DNA of 64,000 bases from the IMG/VR virus record IMGVR_UViG_3300034061_004620; one strand, 5' to 3'. This document shows positions 47,198 through 55,681 of the stretch, piece by piece (positions within the stretch are counted from its first letter, which is position 1; the number at the start of each line of letters is the position of its first letter). A program made the translations under genes and the position numbers. The notes beneath the pieces were generated by a model. The model did no database searches, was not told the origin of the DNA, and saw nothing but the letters and a program-made list of their open reading frames with translations. The stretch is from a virus. Taxonomy: Duplodnaviria; Caudoviricetes.

Positions 47198-48909
47198 CCT
47201 GGCGCAAGTATTTCAAAAGCGGCAATTTACCCAGCAATGTAAGTCCTTTAGGCAGTGGACGTAGCCCTGATCCTGGCTTCAAAAACTATCAAAGCAACTT
47301 GCCGGAAGTGTATATAGGCCATCCTAATCGTACCGAACGGTACAATCAGTATGAACAAATGGACATGGACTCAGAAATCAATGCTGCATTGGATATTCTT
47401 GCTGAGTTCATGACACAAAAAAATGAAGCCAACGGCACAGCATTTGATATTCATTTCAAAGAAAAACCTACCGACAACGAAGTTAAAATCATCAAAGAAC
47501 AGCTACAGCAATGGGTGGCCCTAAACGAATTAAACAAACGTATCTTCAAGATTGTGCGTAACACAATCAAATATGGTGACCAAGTGTTTGTTCGAGATCC
47601 TGAAACATTTAAAATGTTCTGGGTAGAAATGAGCAAAGTGGTCAAGGTGATTGTAAACGAAGCCGAAGGTAAAAAACCCGAGCAATACATTCTCAAAGAT
47701 CTAAATCCTAATTTTGAAAATTTAACTGTGACAGCAGTATCTACCTCAGATACCTATATCAATCACCCGCAAGTGGGAGGTCCCAGCGGCAGTTATATAC
47801 AACCGGCTACACCGTATTCGGGTGGTACAAGATTCACACGAGCGCAAAACGAGTCAGCAATCAATGCCGAGCACGTGGTACACATGAGCTTGACCGAAGG
47901 TTTAGATATCTATTGGCCGTTTGGCAATAGTGTGTTAGAAAACGTTTTCAAAGTGTTCAAGCAAAAAGAATTGCTTGAAGATGCTATTATTATCTATCGT
48001 ATACAACGAGCTCCGGAACGTAGAGTATTCAAAATTGATGTAGGTAATATGCCTTCGCACATGGCCATGGCTTATGTGGAACGTATCAAAAACGAAATAC
48101 ATCAACGTAGAATTCCTACACAAACCGGTGGCGGCGCAAACATGATGGATGCCACTTATAACCCTTTAAGCATGATGGAAGACTACTTCTTCCCAGTTAC
48201 CGCTGAAGGCAGAGGATCCAGTATTGACGTATTTCCAGGCGGACAGAATCTGGGTGAAATCACAGACTTACGCTTTTTTACCAACAAATTGTTCCGTGGC
48301 TTACGTATTCCCAGCAGCTACTTGCCCACAGAATTAGACGATGGGTCTCGTTCGGTAACAGACGGTAGAGTAGGTACAGCACTGATACAAGAATGGCGCT
48401 TTAACCAGTATTGTAAGCGTTTACAATCAATGATTGTGGATAAACTGGATCAAGAATTCAAACTGTTTATGCGTTGGCGCGGCATTAACATTGATGGTCA
48501 ACTGTTTGATTTGATATTTGAAGAACCACAAAATTTTGCACAATACCGACAAGCCGATGTTGACAGTGCGAGAATTGCCACATTTACACAACTTGAAGCA
48601 TATCCTTACATGAGCAAGCGTTTCTTAATGAAACGTTATTTGGGTATGACTGAACAGGAAATGAACGAAAATGAAACTATGTGGGCAGAAGAACAGGGCG
48701 ATGTTGAACAAGCTCCAGTAGAAGATCCTAATCTACGTAGTGTGGGAATCAGTCCAGGTGGTATTGCTGGCGACCTTGAAGCTGTAGAGCCGCCAGCGCC
48801 CACAGGTGAAGTAGCACCGGGACAAATGCAAGGCATGAGTCCAATGGGTGGTCCACAACCAGGTGCAGCAGCAGGTGCAGCACCTGCACCTGCAGCAATG
48901 CCAGCTTAA
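47194..48909 (+). CDS. gp20: Portal protein, T4 gp20-like
   Basis: RY.QYEQMDMDSEINAALDI; FKQKELLEDAIIIYRI.RAPERRVFKIDVGNMP; EDYFFP...EGRGS.I...PGGQNLGEITDL.FF..KL.RGLRIP.S. Confidence 0.92.
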   Translation: MTWRKYFKSGNLPSNVSPLGSGRSPDPGFKNYQSNLPEVYIGHPNRTERYNQYEQMDMDSEINAALDILAEFMTQKNEANGTAFDIHFKEKPTDNEVKIIKEQLQQWVALNELNKRIFKIVRNTIKYGDQVFVRDPETFKMFWVEMSKVVKVIVNEAEGKKPEQYILKDLNPNFENLTVTAVSTSDTYINHPQVGGPSGSYIQPATPYSGGTRFTRAQNESAINAEHVVHMSLTEGLDIYWPFGNSVLENVFKVFKQKELLEDAIIIYRIQRAPERRVFKIDVGNMPSHMAMAYVERIKNEIHQRRIPTQTGGGANMMDATYNPLSMMEDYFFPVTAEGRGSSIDVFPGGQNLGEITDLRFFTNKLFRGLRIPSSYLPTELDDGSRSVTDGRVGTALIQEWRFNQYCKRLQSMIVDKLDQEFKLFMRWRGINIDGQLFDLIFEEPQNFAQYRQADVDSARIATFTQLEAYPYMSKRFLMKRYLGMTEQEMNENETMWAEEQGDVEQAPVEDPNLRSVGISPGGIAGDLEAVEPPAPTGEVAPGQMQGMSPMGGPQPGAAAGAAPAPAAMPA

Positions 48910-48923
48910 ATAGGTATTTTGGT

Positions 48924-48929
48924 TAAATA
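48924..48929 (+). promoter_or_regulatory. Late promoter box TAAATA 5 nt upstream of ATG 48935
   Basis: GGTTAAATAACACTATG. Confidence 0.6.
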
Positions 48930-48934
48930 ACACT

Positions 48935-49159
48935 ATGTTGCTTAATGAACTTTACGATCCTGCTAAACCTGGTTATCATTCCACAGCCGAAGATAATACT
49001 CCTCTCAAGCTGTCAGATCTGCGTAAAACAAGACTGACACTTGCTGATCTCAATCGCTTACGTATGGCCAGCGATGTGCGTAAAGTTGAACACGAACACA
49101 AGTTAGAAAAAATTACCAAGCAGTACAAACCACCAGCAGCAGCCGCAGGACCGGTATAG
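48935..49159 (+). CDS. Small head-module protein between portal and core genes
   Basis: 74 aa; DLRKTRLTLADLNRLR...DVR..E motif; position matches T4 gp67/gp68-type core genes. Confidence 0.7.
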   Translation: MLLNELYDPAKPGYHSTAEDNTPLKLSDLRKTRLTLADLNRLRMASDVRKVEHEHKLEKITKQYKPPAAAAGPV

Positions 49160-49214
49160 TCCATCTAAATCCTTCAAAAAAACACCATTTAACCCCTTAA
49201 TCTACGTATTTTTG

Positions 49215-49220
49215 TAAATA
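49215..49220 (+). promoter_or_regulatory. Late promoter box TAAATA inside the inverted repeat GTATTTT/AAAATAC
   Basis: GTATTTT 49206-12, TAAATA 49215-20, AAAATAC 49220-26; SD AAGGAG before ATG 49253. Confidence 0.6.
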
Positions 49221-49252
49221 AAATACAGCCATATTATTATAAGGAGTTCCTA

Positions 49253-50203
49253 ATGAACAAATATGAACAGCTAATAGAACACATTATAAACGATGACGAA
49301 GCGAAAGCTCGTGCATTGTTTCACGATATTGTAGTAGAAAAATCACGCGACATTTATGAAAGCCTAATGGACGAAGATTACACTGAAGAAGACATTGGTG
49401 GTAATCAAGTACAGGGTTTAGTAGATGAAATCGCTATGGACGAAACTGACGGTATCGGAGAAGGCAACGACGAAGATGACGGCGAATTAGACATGGGCGA
49501 CATGGGCGGTGATGACATGGGCGACATGGGCGACATGGGCGGCGAAGAAGACTTAGAACAAAAAGTTATGGATCTTGAGTCAGAGTTAGAAGCACTTAAG
49601 GCTGAATTTGAACAGCTGATGGGTGACGAAGGCGATGATGATATGGGCGACATGGATGACATGGGCGACATGGATGACATGGGCGACGGTGATGATGACG
49701 ACGATAACGACATGGGCGACGATGATGAATTTAAAATGATGGAAGCCGATGATGACAACGAAGAAGATGGAGAAATGACCGAAAGCCGTCGTCCTATGCA
49801 AAAAACAGCAGTTGATCTAATGCGTGAATACGTAGAGAAAATCAACACACCCAGCAACACCGAATTTACTCCAGTGGGAACCGGTGCAGGTGGCGACAAA
49901 CCAGCTGGTAACACCAAGAACCCACTTGCTGGTAAAAACGACATGGGCGGTAGCGCAGCTAATATTGCAAAAGGCGGAAATGAAAGTGCACCAGATGGTC
50001 AACGTCCGCATGGCAAAGCCGGCGGCTTTCTTAAAGGCGCACAAGAAATTGATGTAGCAAAACGCAATGTTAACAAGCCAGGCGGCAACAAAGGCGCACA
50101 AAACTGGTATAGTAACAAGGCAAAAGCTAAATCTGGTGAAGGCCAAACTACTGATGGATCAGTTCCAGTTCAGAAGAAAAGCATTGAACCAGGCGGCAAC
50201 TAA
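49253..50203 (+). CDS. Highly acidic prohead core/scaffold-like protein
   Basis: KYEQLIEHIINDDEAKARALFHDIVVEKSRDIYESL start; Asp/Glu/Met-rich; upstream of the prohead protease. Confidence 0.7.
   Translation: MNKYEQLIEHIINDDEAKARALFHDIVVEKSRDIYESLMDEDYTEEDIGGNQVQGLVDEIAMDETDGIGEGNDEDDGELDMGDMGGDDMGDMGDMGGEEDLEQKVMDLESELEALKAEFEQLMGDEGDDDMGDMDDMGDMDDMGDGDDDDDNDMGDDDEFKMMEADDDNEEDGEMTESRRPMQKTAVDLMREYVEKINTPSNTEFTPVGTGAGGDKPAGNTKNPLAGKNDMGGSAANIAKGGNESAPDGQRPHGKAGGFLKGAQEIDVAKRNVNKPGGNKGAQNWYSNKAKAKSGEGQTTDGSVPVQKKSIEPGGN
49490..49720 (+). repeat. Coding 9-nt GACATGGGC/GACATGGAT (Asp-Met-Gly/Asp) tandem repeats in two blocks
   Basis: Blocks at 49490-49540 and about 49640-49720. Confidence 0.85.
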
Positions 50204-50217
50204 GTTAGGGCAATAAT

Positions 50218-50859
50218 ATGGCTTTGTACCTAAAAGAGAATCTTACTTTCGACCGAGCTCAGATAGAGGTCCTAACCGAAGACTCTACAATCGGCGAAGG
50301 TAAGAATCTATATATGAAAGGGATATTCATTGAGGGAGGCGTAAAAAATGCCAACCAACGTGTTTATCCTATTTCTGAAATTCAGAAAGCCGTAACACAA
50401 ATCAATGAACAAATTAAAACAGGACATTCTGTTTTAGGCGAAGTTGATCACCCTGATGACCTAAAGATTAATTTGGATCGTGTTAGCCACATGATTACTG
50501 AAATGTGGATGGACGGTCCTTGCGGCCACGGTAAGCTAAAAATCCTGCCAACACCCATGGGCAAGCTTGTCGAAGCAATGATTACTTCAGGCGTTAAATT
50601 AGGTGTTAGTAGTCGTGGTAGTGGCGAAGTTAATGAAAGTACAGGACATGTCAGCGGTTTTGATATTATCACCGTTGACATTGTAGCACAGCCTTCGGCT
50701 CCGCATGCATATCCTAAAGCAATCTATGAGGGCTTGATGAATATGCGTCACGGACACCGAGTGTTAGATGTGGCTCGTGATGCCACACAAGATCAAAAAG
50801 TACAGAAGTACCTGAAAGAAGGCATTACACGCCTTATCAAAGACCTTAAGTTAAAATAG
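50218..50859 (+). CDS. gp21: Prohead core protease, T4 gp21-like
   Basis: YMKGIFIEGGVKNANQRVYP; LGEVDHP; INLDRVSH; GVSSRGSG; DIVAQPSAP.AYP. Confidence 0.92.
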   Translation: MALYLKENLTFDRAQIEVLTEDSTIGEGKNLYMKGIFIEGGVKNANQRVYPISEIQKAVTQINEQIKTGHSVLGEVDHPDDLKINLDRVSHMITEMWMDGPCGHGKLKILPTPMGKLVEAMITSGVKLGVSSRGSGEVNESTGHVSGFDIITVDIVAQPSAPHAYPKAIYEGLMNMRHGHRVLDVARDATQDQKVQKYLKEGITRLIKDLKLK

Positions 50860-50869
50860 GAGAAACCTG

Positions 50870-51976
50870 ATGTTATTAGATGCTATCAAACCATTGGTAG
50901 ACAGCGGCATCATAAACGAAGATACGCAACAGGCGATCACGGAAGCGTGGGAAGCAAAGCTTCTTGAAGCTCGTGAAAGTGTTCGTGCAGAACTTCGTGA
51001 AGAATTTGCTACTCGCTATCAGCATGACAAACAAGTTATGGTTGAAGCTCTGGACAAAATGGTAACTGAATCTCTACACAGTGAACTTGAAGAGTTTGCA
51101 GCAGAGAAACAAGCATTAGCAGAAGATCGTGCGAAATTCAAAGTTCACATGATGGAAAGCAGCGAAAGGTTCAACAATTTCTTAGTTGGTAAGTTAGCCG
51201 AAGAAATTAAAGAACTACGTGAAGATCGTAAACAATATGAAAACAGTGTTAGTAAGCTTGAATCATTTGTGATCAAATCACTCGCAGAAGAAATTCAAGA
51301 GTTTGAGCAAGACAAGCAAGCAGTAGTTGAGACAAAAGTTCGTCTAATTGCTGGTGCTAAAGATAAACTTGCCGAACTGCAACAGAATTTCATTGCTCGT
51401 TCTGCAGAACTTGTTAAAGAATCAATTACCAGAAAACTGGAGTCAGAAATGACTCAACTCAAAGAAGACATCCAACTTGCTCGTGAGAACATGTTTGGTC
51501 GTCAAATCTTTGAAGCTTTTGCAAGTGAATTTGCAGTTACTCACCTAAATGAGAACAAAGAAATTCGCAAGCTACAAGCTGTTGTTGCTGCTAAAGAGCA
51601 AGCTTTACAAGAAGCACAAGCTCATGTAGAAAAAGCTGCAATGATTGTTGAATCAAAAGAAAAAGAAATTAAAGTTATTAAGGAATCAGCAGAACGCAAA
51701 GAAATACTTGCAAGTCTGTTAAAACCTTTAAACAAGGAGAAAGCTACAGTAATGAGCGAACTTCTTGAAAGTGTGCAAACTGTAAAGTTACAGAGCGCAT
51801 ACGACAAGTATCTACCAGCTGTTTTAAACAACACAGCACAGAAGCCAACACAGCAAAAAACTGTATTGTCAGAAAGCCGTGTAGAAGTAACTGGTGATAA
51901 ATCTGCTAATTCACTCGCTGTGGAAGAAAACGCCAATAACGTTTTTGAAATCAAGCGATTAGCAGGGCTAAAGTGA
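50870..51976 (+). CDS. gp22: Prohead scaffolding protein, T4 gp22-like
   Basis: Glu/Lys/Ala coiled coil between protease and capsid genes; ends IKRLAGL. Confidence 0.8.
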   Translation: MLLDAIKPLVDSGIINEDTQQAITEAWEAKLLEARESVRAELREEFATRYQHDKQVMVEALDKMVTESLHSELEEFAAEKQALAEDRAKFKVHMMESSERFNNFLVGKLAEEIKELREDRKQYENSVSKLESFVIKSLAEEIQEFEQDKQAVVETKVRLIAGAKDKLAELQQNFIARSAELVKESITRKLESEMTQLKEDIQLARENMFGRQIFEAFASEFAVTHLNENKEIRKLQAVVAAKEQALQEAQAHVEKAAMIVESKEKEIKVIKESAERKEILASLLKPLNKEKATVMSELLESVQTVKLQSAYDKYLPAVLNNTAQKPTQQKTVLSESRVEVTGDKSANSLAVEENANNVFEIKRLAGLK

Positions 51977-52002
51977 ACCCTAAATAGGAGAAAAGGAAAA
52001 TT

Positions 52003-53214
52003 ATGTCACAAGCACTATTAGAAAGCCGTTGGGGCGAAACAAAAGACGCTCTGCTCGAAGGCTTAAACGGTTCGAAAAGAACCACAATGGGTGTAATTCT
52101 TGAAAATACCCGCAAGCACTTGATGGAAACTGCAACTGCAGGTGCCACTGCTGCTTCAAATGTAGCTACACTTAACCGTGTAATTCTACCAGTAATTCGT
52201 CGTGTAATGCCGACAGTTATTGCTAACGAAATCGTTGGTGTTCAGCCAATGACTGGACCTGTTGCTCAGATCCACACACTACGTGTTCGTTATGCTGACA
52301 ACACTACTGATACCACAAGTGGATACTATCCAGCAGGTGAAAACGGTAGCACAACAGCAGGCGACGAAGCACTAAGTCCGTTCAAGATTGCTGTTGCTTA
52401 TTCTGGTTTAACCAATGGTGGCACTGCTACTAACGGTAGAGCAGCTTCAACAAGCACACTTGAAGGTGTAACAGGTAACAGAATCAACGTTCAGATTCTA
52501 AAGCAAGTTGTGGAAGCCAAGACTCGTAAGTTATCAGCTCGCTGGACTTTCGAAGCTGCACAAGATGCACAAGCCATGCATGGTTTAGACATCGAAGCAG
52601 AAATCATGGCAGCTCTTGCACAAGAGATCACTGTTGAGATCGACCAAGAAATTTTAGGTTCACTACGTAGCCTTGCAGCAACTGAGTTTACATTTGACCA
52701 AGCTGCTGTTAGTGGTACTGCTACTTTCGTTGGTGACGAACACGCTGCTTTGGCTGTTCTAATCAATCGTACAGCAAACCTAATCGCTTCACGTACACGT
52801 CGTGGCGCTGGTAACTGGGCAGTTGTAAGTCCAGCAGCTCTAACTGTGTTACAGAGCGCAACAACTTCAGCATTTGCTCGTACAACTGAAGGTACATTTG
52901 AAGCACCTACTAACACTAAGTTTGTTGGTACACTAAACGGTGCAATGCGTATCTATGTTGACAGCTATGCACGCGACAGCCAGGCTGTTTTAGTTGGTTA
53001 TAAGGGTTCAAGCGAGGCTGATGCAGCCGCGTTCTACTGCCCATATATTCCTCTAATGAGTTCTGGTGTTGTGTTAGATCCAAGTACATTTGAGCCAGTA
53101 GTTGGTTTCATGACTCGTTATGGTTATATCGAGTTAACAAACACAGCGTCATCGTTTGGTAACGCTGCTGACTACCTTGGCGAAATTGCTGTTTCAAATC
53201 TATCGTTCCAGTAA
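52003..53214 (+). CDS. gp23: Major capsid protein, T4 gp23-like
   Basis: LPVIRRVMPTVIANEIVGVQPMTGP; VEAKTRKLSARWTFEAAQD..AMHG.D.E.E..AALAQEIT.EID.E; FYCPYIPL; GFMTRYG. Confidence 0.95.
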   Translation: MSQALLESRWGETKDALLEGLNGSKRTTMGVILENTRKHLMETATAGATAASNVATLNRVILPVIRRVMPTVIANEIVGVQPMTGPVAQIHTLRVRYADNTTDTTSGYYPAGENGSTTAGDEALSPFKIAVAYSGLTNGGTATNGRAASTSTLEGVTGNRINVQILKQVVEAKTRKLSARWTFEAAQDAQAMHGLDIEAEIMAALAQEITVEIDQEILGSLRSLAATEFTFDQAAVSGTATFVGDEHAALAVLINRTANLIASRTRRGAGNWAVVSPAALTVLQSATTSAFARTTEGTFEAPTNTKFVGTLNGAMRIYVDSYARDSQAVLVGYKGSSEADAAAFYCPYIPLMSSGVVLDPSTFEPVVGFMTRYGYIELTNTASSFGNAADYLGEIAVSNLSFQ

Positions 53215-53238
53215 TTTCCACTCGGGATGGGAAACATT

Positions 53239-53261
53239 AAACCGCCGCAAGGCGGTTTTTT
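53239..53261 (+). terminator. Intrinsic terminator after the capsid gene
   Basis: AAACCGCC-GCAA-GGCGGTTT followed by T run. Confidence 0.9.
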
Positions 53262-53282
53262 GTTGAGTACAGTTTCTGTTAA

Positions 53283-53288
53283 TAAATA
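53283..53288 (+). promoter_or_regulatory. Late promoter box TAAATA for the small 53346 gene
   Basis: AATAAATATC between the terminator and a structured leader. Confidence 0.55.
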
Positions 53289-53345
53289 TCTTTGTAGCAA
53301 CAGCTACAGCTCGTGTTTACACACATACACACAAGGAGGAAAAAT

Positions 53346-53573
53346 ATGAGCAAAACACCATACGAGATCCGTCTCGAACTTTTACATTTGGCACAAAGTA
53401 TTTTACAAACGCCAGTCTATCAAACCCGAGAAGCAAAAATTAATGAATATCATTCTAAGTTAACTGATGCCAATCGAGGAACTCTTCCGTATCCAACTCT
53501 GCCAGATTTTCCAACCAGCACTGATATTATCAGCAAGGCCGAGGAGCTTAAGAAGTTTGTAGATCAAGCGTAA
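53346..53573 (+). CDS. Small conserved phage protein (MSKTPYEIRLELL...)
   Basis: Probable start ATG 53346 after SD AAGGAGG (53333-39); C-terminal FPT..DII.KAEELK.FV. Confidence 0.75.
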   Translation: MSKTPYEIRLELLHLAQSILQTPVYQTREAKINEYHSKLTDANRGTLPYPTLPDFPTSTDIISKAEELKKFVDQA

Positions 53574-53574
53574 A

Positions 53575-53596
53575 AGAGCCCCGCAAGGGGCTTTTT
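53575..53596 (+). terminator. Intrinsic terminator
   Basis: AGCCCC-GCAA-GGGGCT followed by TTTT. Confidence 0.9.
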
Positions 53597-53607
53597 GTTA
53601 TCCGTAC

Positions 53608-53615
53608 TATAAATA
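53608..53615 (+). promoter_or_regulatory. Perfect T4-type late promoter TATAAATA
   Basis: Exact match, upstream of a ~65-nt structured leader and SD AAGGAG. Confidence 0.8.
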
Positions 53616-53686
53616 TACTTGTTCATAAGAACTTATGCGGAGCCAACCGCGTAGGCCTGGAACGCCAATTTTAAGGAGACAACAAA

Positions 53687-54178
53687 ATGGCACGTGGTTT
53701 AAAAATCAGTCACGAAAGAAGTGACGGCACATTAGTAGATCAAGAAGTTAGTACAACAATTAGTTCAATTGGTGGCACCGGCGGCATACCGCAATGGGTT
53801 ACCGTACAAGGTGTAAAAACTGTAAAAGTACAATATAGAACAGATGCAGGGATCCTTCATGCAAATGCTTACATTATTGCTCAAAAAGGTTCCAAGCAAT
53901 TTTTAGTAGCAAACGCAACCGGTGCAGTAAACGGCGCAACACACAGTAATGCAAGTGTAACCGTAGGTACTTTAACCGCAGGCGCTGATGCTGCTAACGC
54001 AACTCCAGCAACAGGATCAAGCACTATGACTGTAACTGGATATAATACAAGTAACACTCGTTTTTATGTAAGCAGAATTTCCAACAAGTATGTTTGGGAT
54101 CAAAGCAACAACAGGTATCGCTGGAGAACAAGCGATAGTGTTGCTACATCCACATTTGCCAACGTTGAATGTCATTGA
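53687..54178 (+). CDS. Conserved virion-associated protein
   Basis: 163 aa, own promoter and terminator; YII.QKGSKQFLV and YVSRISNKYV.D...NRYRW motifs. Confidence 0.7.
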   Translation: MARGLKISHERSDGTLVDQEVSTTISSIGGTGGIPQWVTVQGVKTVKVQYRTDAGILHANAYIIAQKGSKQFLVANATGAVNGATHSNASVTVGTLTAGADAANATPATGSSTMTVTGYNTSNTRFYVSRISNKYVWDQSNNRYRWRTSDSVATSTFANVECH

Positions 54179-54195
54179 TCAAAATGTTGTAAAAG

Positions 54196-54220
54196 AAACC
54201 CGCCAATGGCGGGTTTTTTT
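54196..54220 (+). terminator. Intrinsic terminator
   Basis: AAACCCGCC-AAT-GGCGGGTTT followed by T run. Confidence 0.9.
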
Positions 54221-54244
54221 ATGGAAACACAAACTATTTCTCAG

Positions 54245-54252
54245 CATAAATA
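54245..54252 (+). promoter_or_regulatory. Late promoter box CATAAATA
   Basis: Upstream of ATG 54274. Confidence 0.65.
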
Positions 54253-54273
54253 CACTGAATAAGGATAGTATAA

Positions 54274-54915
54274 ATGCCTTCTGTACAAAATTTTAATACA
54301 GATTTATTAATTAGCACTCAGGTAAATCCAGCAGCGGATATTACATTAGCTACCCGTACGGTTTTTATTGACGGAAATCTTCAAGTTGGCGGAAACACTA
54401 CCACTGTAACTAAAACTGAATTGGAAGTTAGCGACAATATAATCACCATTAACAAAGGTGGTGGCGGCGCAAGTGGTGTGGTTTTGGGTACAGCCGGTAT
54501 TGAAATTGATAGAAAAAACAGTGCAGGATCAGGACTTGCAAATGTATCAATACGTTGGAATGAAACGTTTGATAAATGGCAGCTGACAACAGATGGCACA
54601 ACTTACGGTAATATTGGATCAAGTTCGGGTTCAGGAGCCAGCGCAGTGGCTGATGATCCTAACCCAAGCTTAGGTGGTAATCTCAACACGTTGGCAAGGA
54701 CAATTTATAGTGGTAATGTTGCTGTAGTCACTTTTGATAGTAATTTATCAGTAAAAAATACCGCAGTGGTTCCCAGTGCCATAGCAGGCTACAATGTCAT
54801 ATATTCACAGACTCCCAATGCAGGAGGTTCTGGCTTATATGTAACCAATACCACAAATACAAATAGAGAACTTGCCAGTGTTAAAAAAGCAATTGTATAC
54901 TCACTGGTATTATAA
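54274..54915 (+). CDS. Virion structural/fibre-type protein
   Basis: IDGNLQVGGNTTTV..TEL.VSDNII..NKG...GIEIDR...IRWNE..DKWQ fibre-shaft motif; D.NPSLGGNLN. Confidence 0.65.
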   Translation: MPSVQNFNTDLLISTQVNPAADITLATRTVFIDGNLQVGGNTTTVTKTELEVSDNIITINKGGGGASGVVLGTAGIEIDRKNSAGSGLANVSIRWNETFDKWQLTTDGTTYGNIGSSSGSGASAVADDPNPSLGGNLNTLARTIYSGNVAVVTFDSNLSVKNTAVVPSAIAGYNVIYSQTPNAGGSGLYVTNTTNTNRELASVKKAIVYSLVL

Positions 54916-54924
54916 GGAATAAAA

Positions 54925-55248
54925 ATGGCAATTCATAATAGCGTTTTATTAGATTCAGGACAAGCAGCAGCAAATGTATTTGCTTGTGCTTCAACCAATG
55001 GTGATGCAATTACTACAATGTATTTTTGTAATCGTAACGGTTCAACAACCACATTTAATTTATATGTAGTACCAGCTGGATTTGAAGCTAACTCAAACAA
55101 TATTGCATATACTAATAAAACAATTACAGCCGGCGACACTTATATTATAGATTGGGAAAAATTAGTGTTAGGCCCCGGTGATAGCATCAGAGCTAATGCT
55201 AATGTAGGTAATGCAATTGTAGCGACCGTAAGTACCATAGGCTTATAA
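54925..55248 (+). CDS. Small virion structural protein
   Basis: 107 aa; ITTMYFCN...I.AGDTYI...EKLVL..GDSI.A motif. Confidence 0.65.
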   Translation: MAIHNSVLLDSGQAAANVFACASTNGDAITTMYFCNRNGSTTTFNLYVVPAGFEANSNNIAYTNKTITAGDTYIIDWEKLVLGPGDSIRANANVGNAIVATVSTIGL

Positions 55249-55250
55249 CA

Positions 55251-55673
55251 ATGGGAAGATATTTAAAAAATACTCAACTTGAAGGAGGCAGCTATGCAGT
55301 TCAACTGCCGCTTGGTAGTAGCAGCGTAGGCCCAGATGTACCTATAAACGGCCAGATAAGATTTAACACATCTAACAACAAGGTAGAATTATTTTTTGCT
55401 GGGGTTTGGAATCAAGTGGCAAAAATTGGATCTGTCAATATTGTTGTTGATGAATTTACCGGCGACGGAGTTACAACTAACTTTACTATGAGTCAGTCTG
55501 AAAGTTCAGACAATGCTGTATTAGTATCAATTGGCGGAGTTTATCAACAACCTACTACAGCGTACACAGTATCGGCAACCACAATCAGTTTTACCAGCCC
55601 CCCGCCTGCACCAGGGATAAACCCAAACAAAATTGTTGTTGTTCATAATTTAAACAGCACAAACGCTGCATAA
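55251..55673 (+). CDS. Virion structural protein with one beta-sandwich module
   Basis: GQIRFNTS...VE.F..GVW followed by FTGDG.TT.FT...VLV.IGGVYQ.P..AY.VS.TTI.FT.PP module. Confidence 0.65.
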   Translation: MGRYLKNTQLEGGSYAVQLPLGSSSVGPDVPINGQIRFNTSNNKVELFFAGVWNQVAKIGSVNIVVDEFTGDGVTTNFTMSQSESSDNAVLVSIGGVYQQPTTAYTVSATTISFTSPPPAPGINPNKIVVVHNLNSTNAA

Positions 55674-55681
55674 GGAACACA

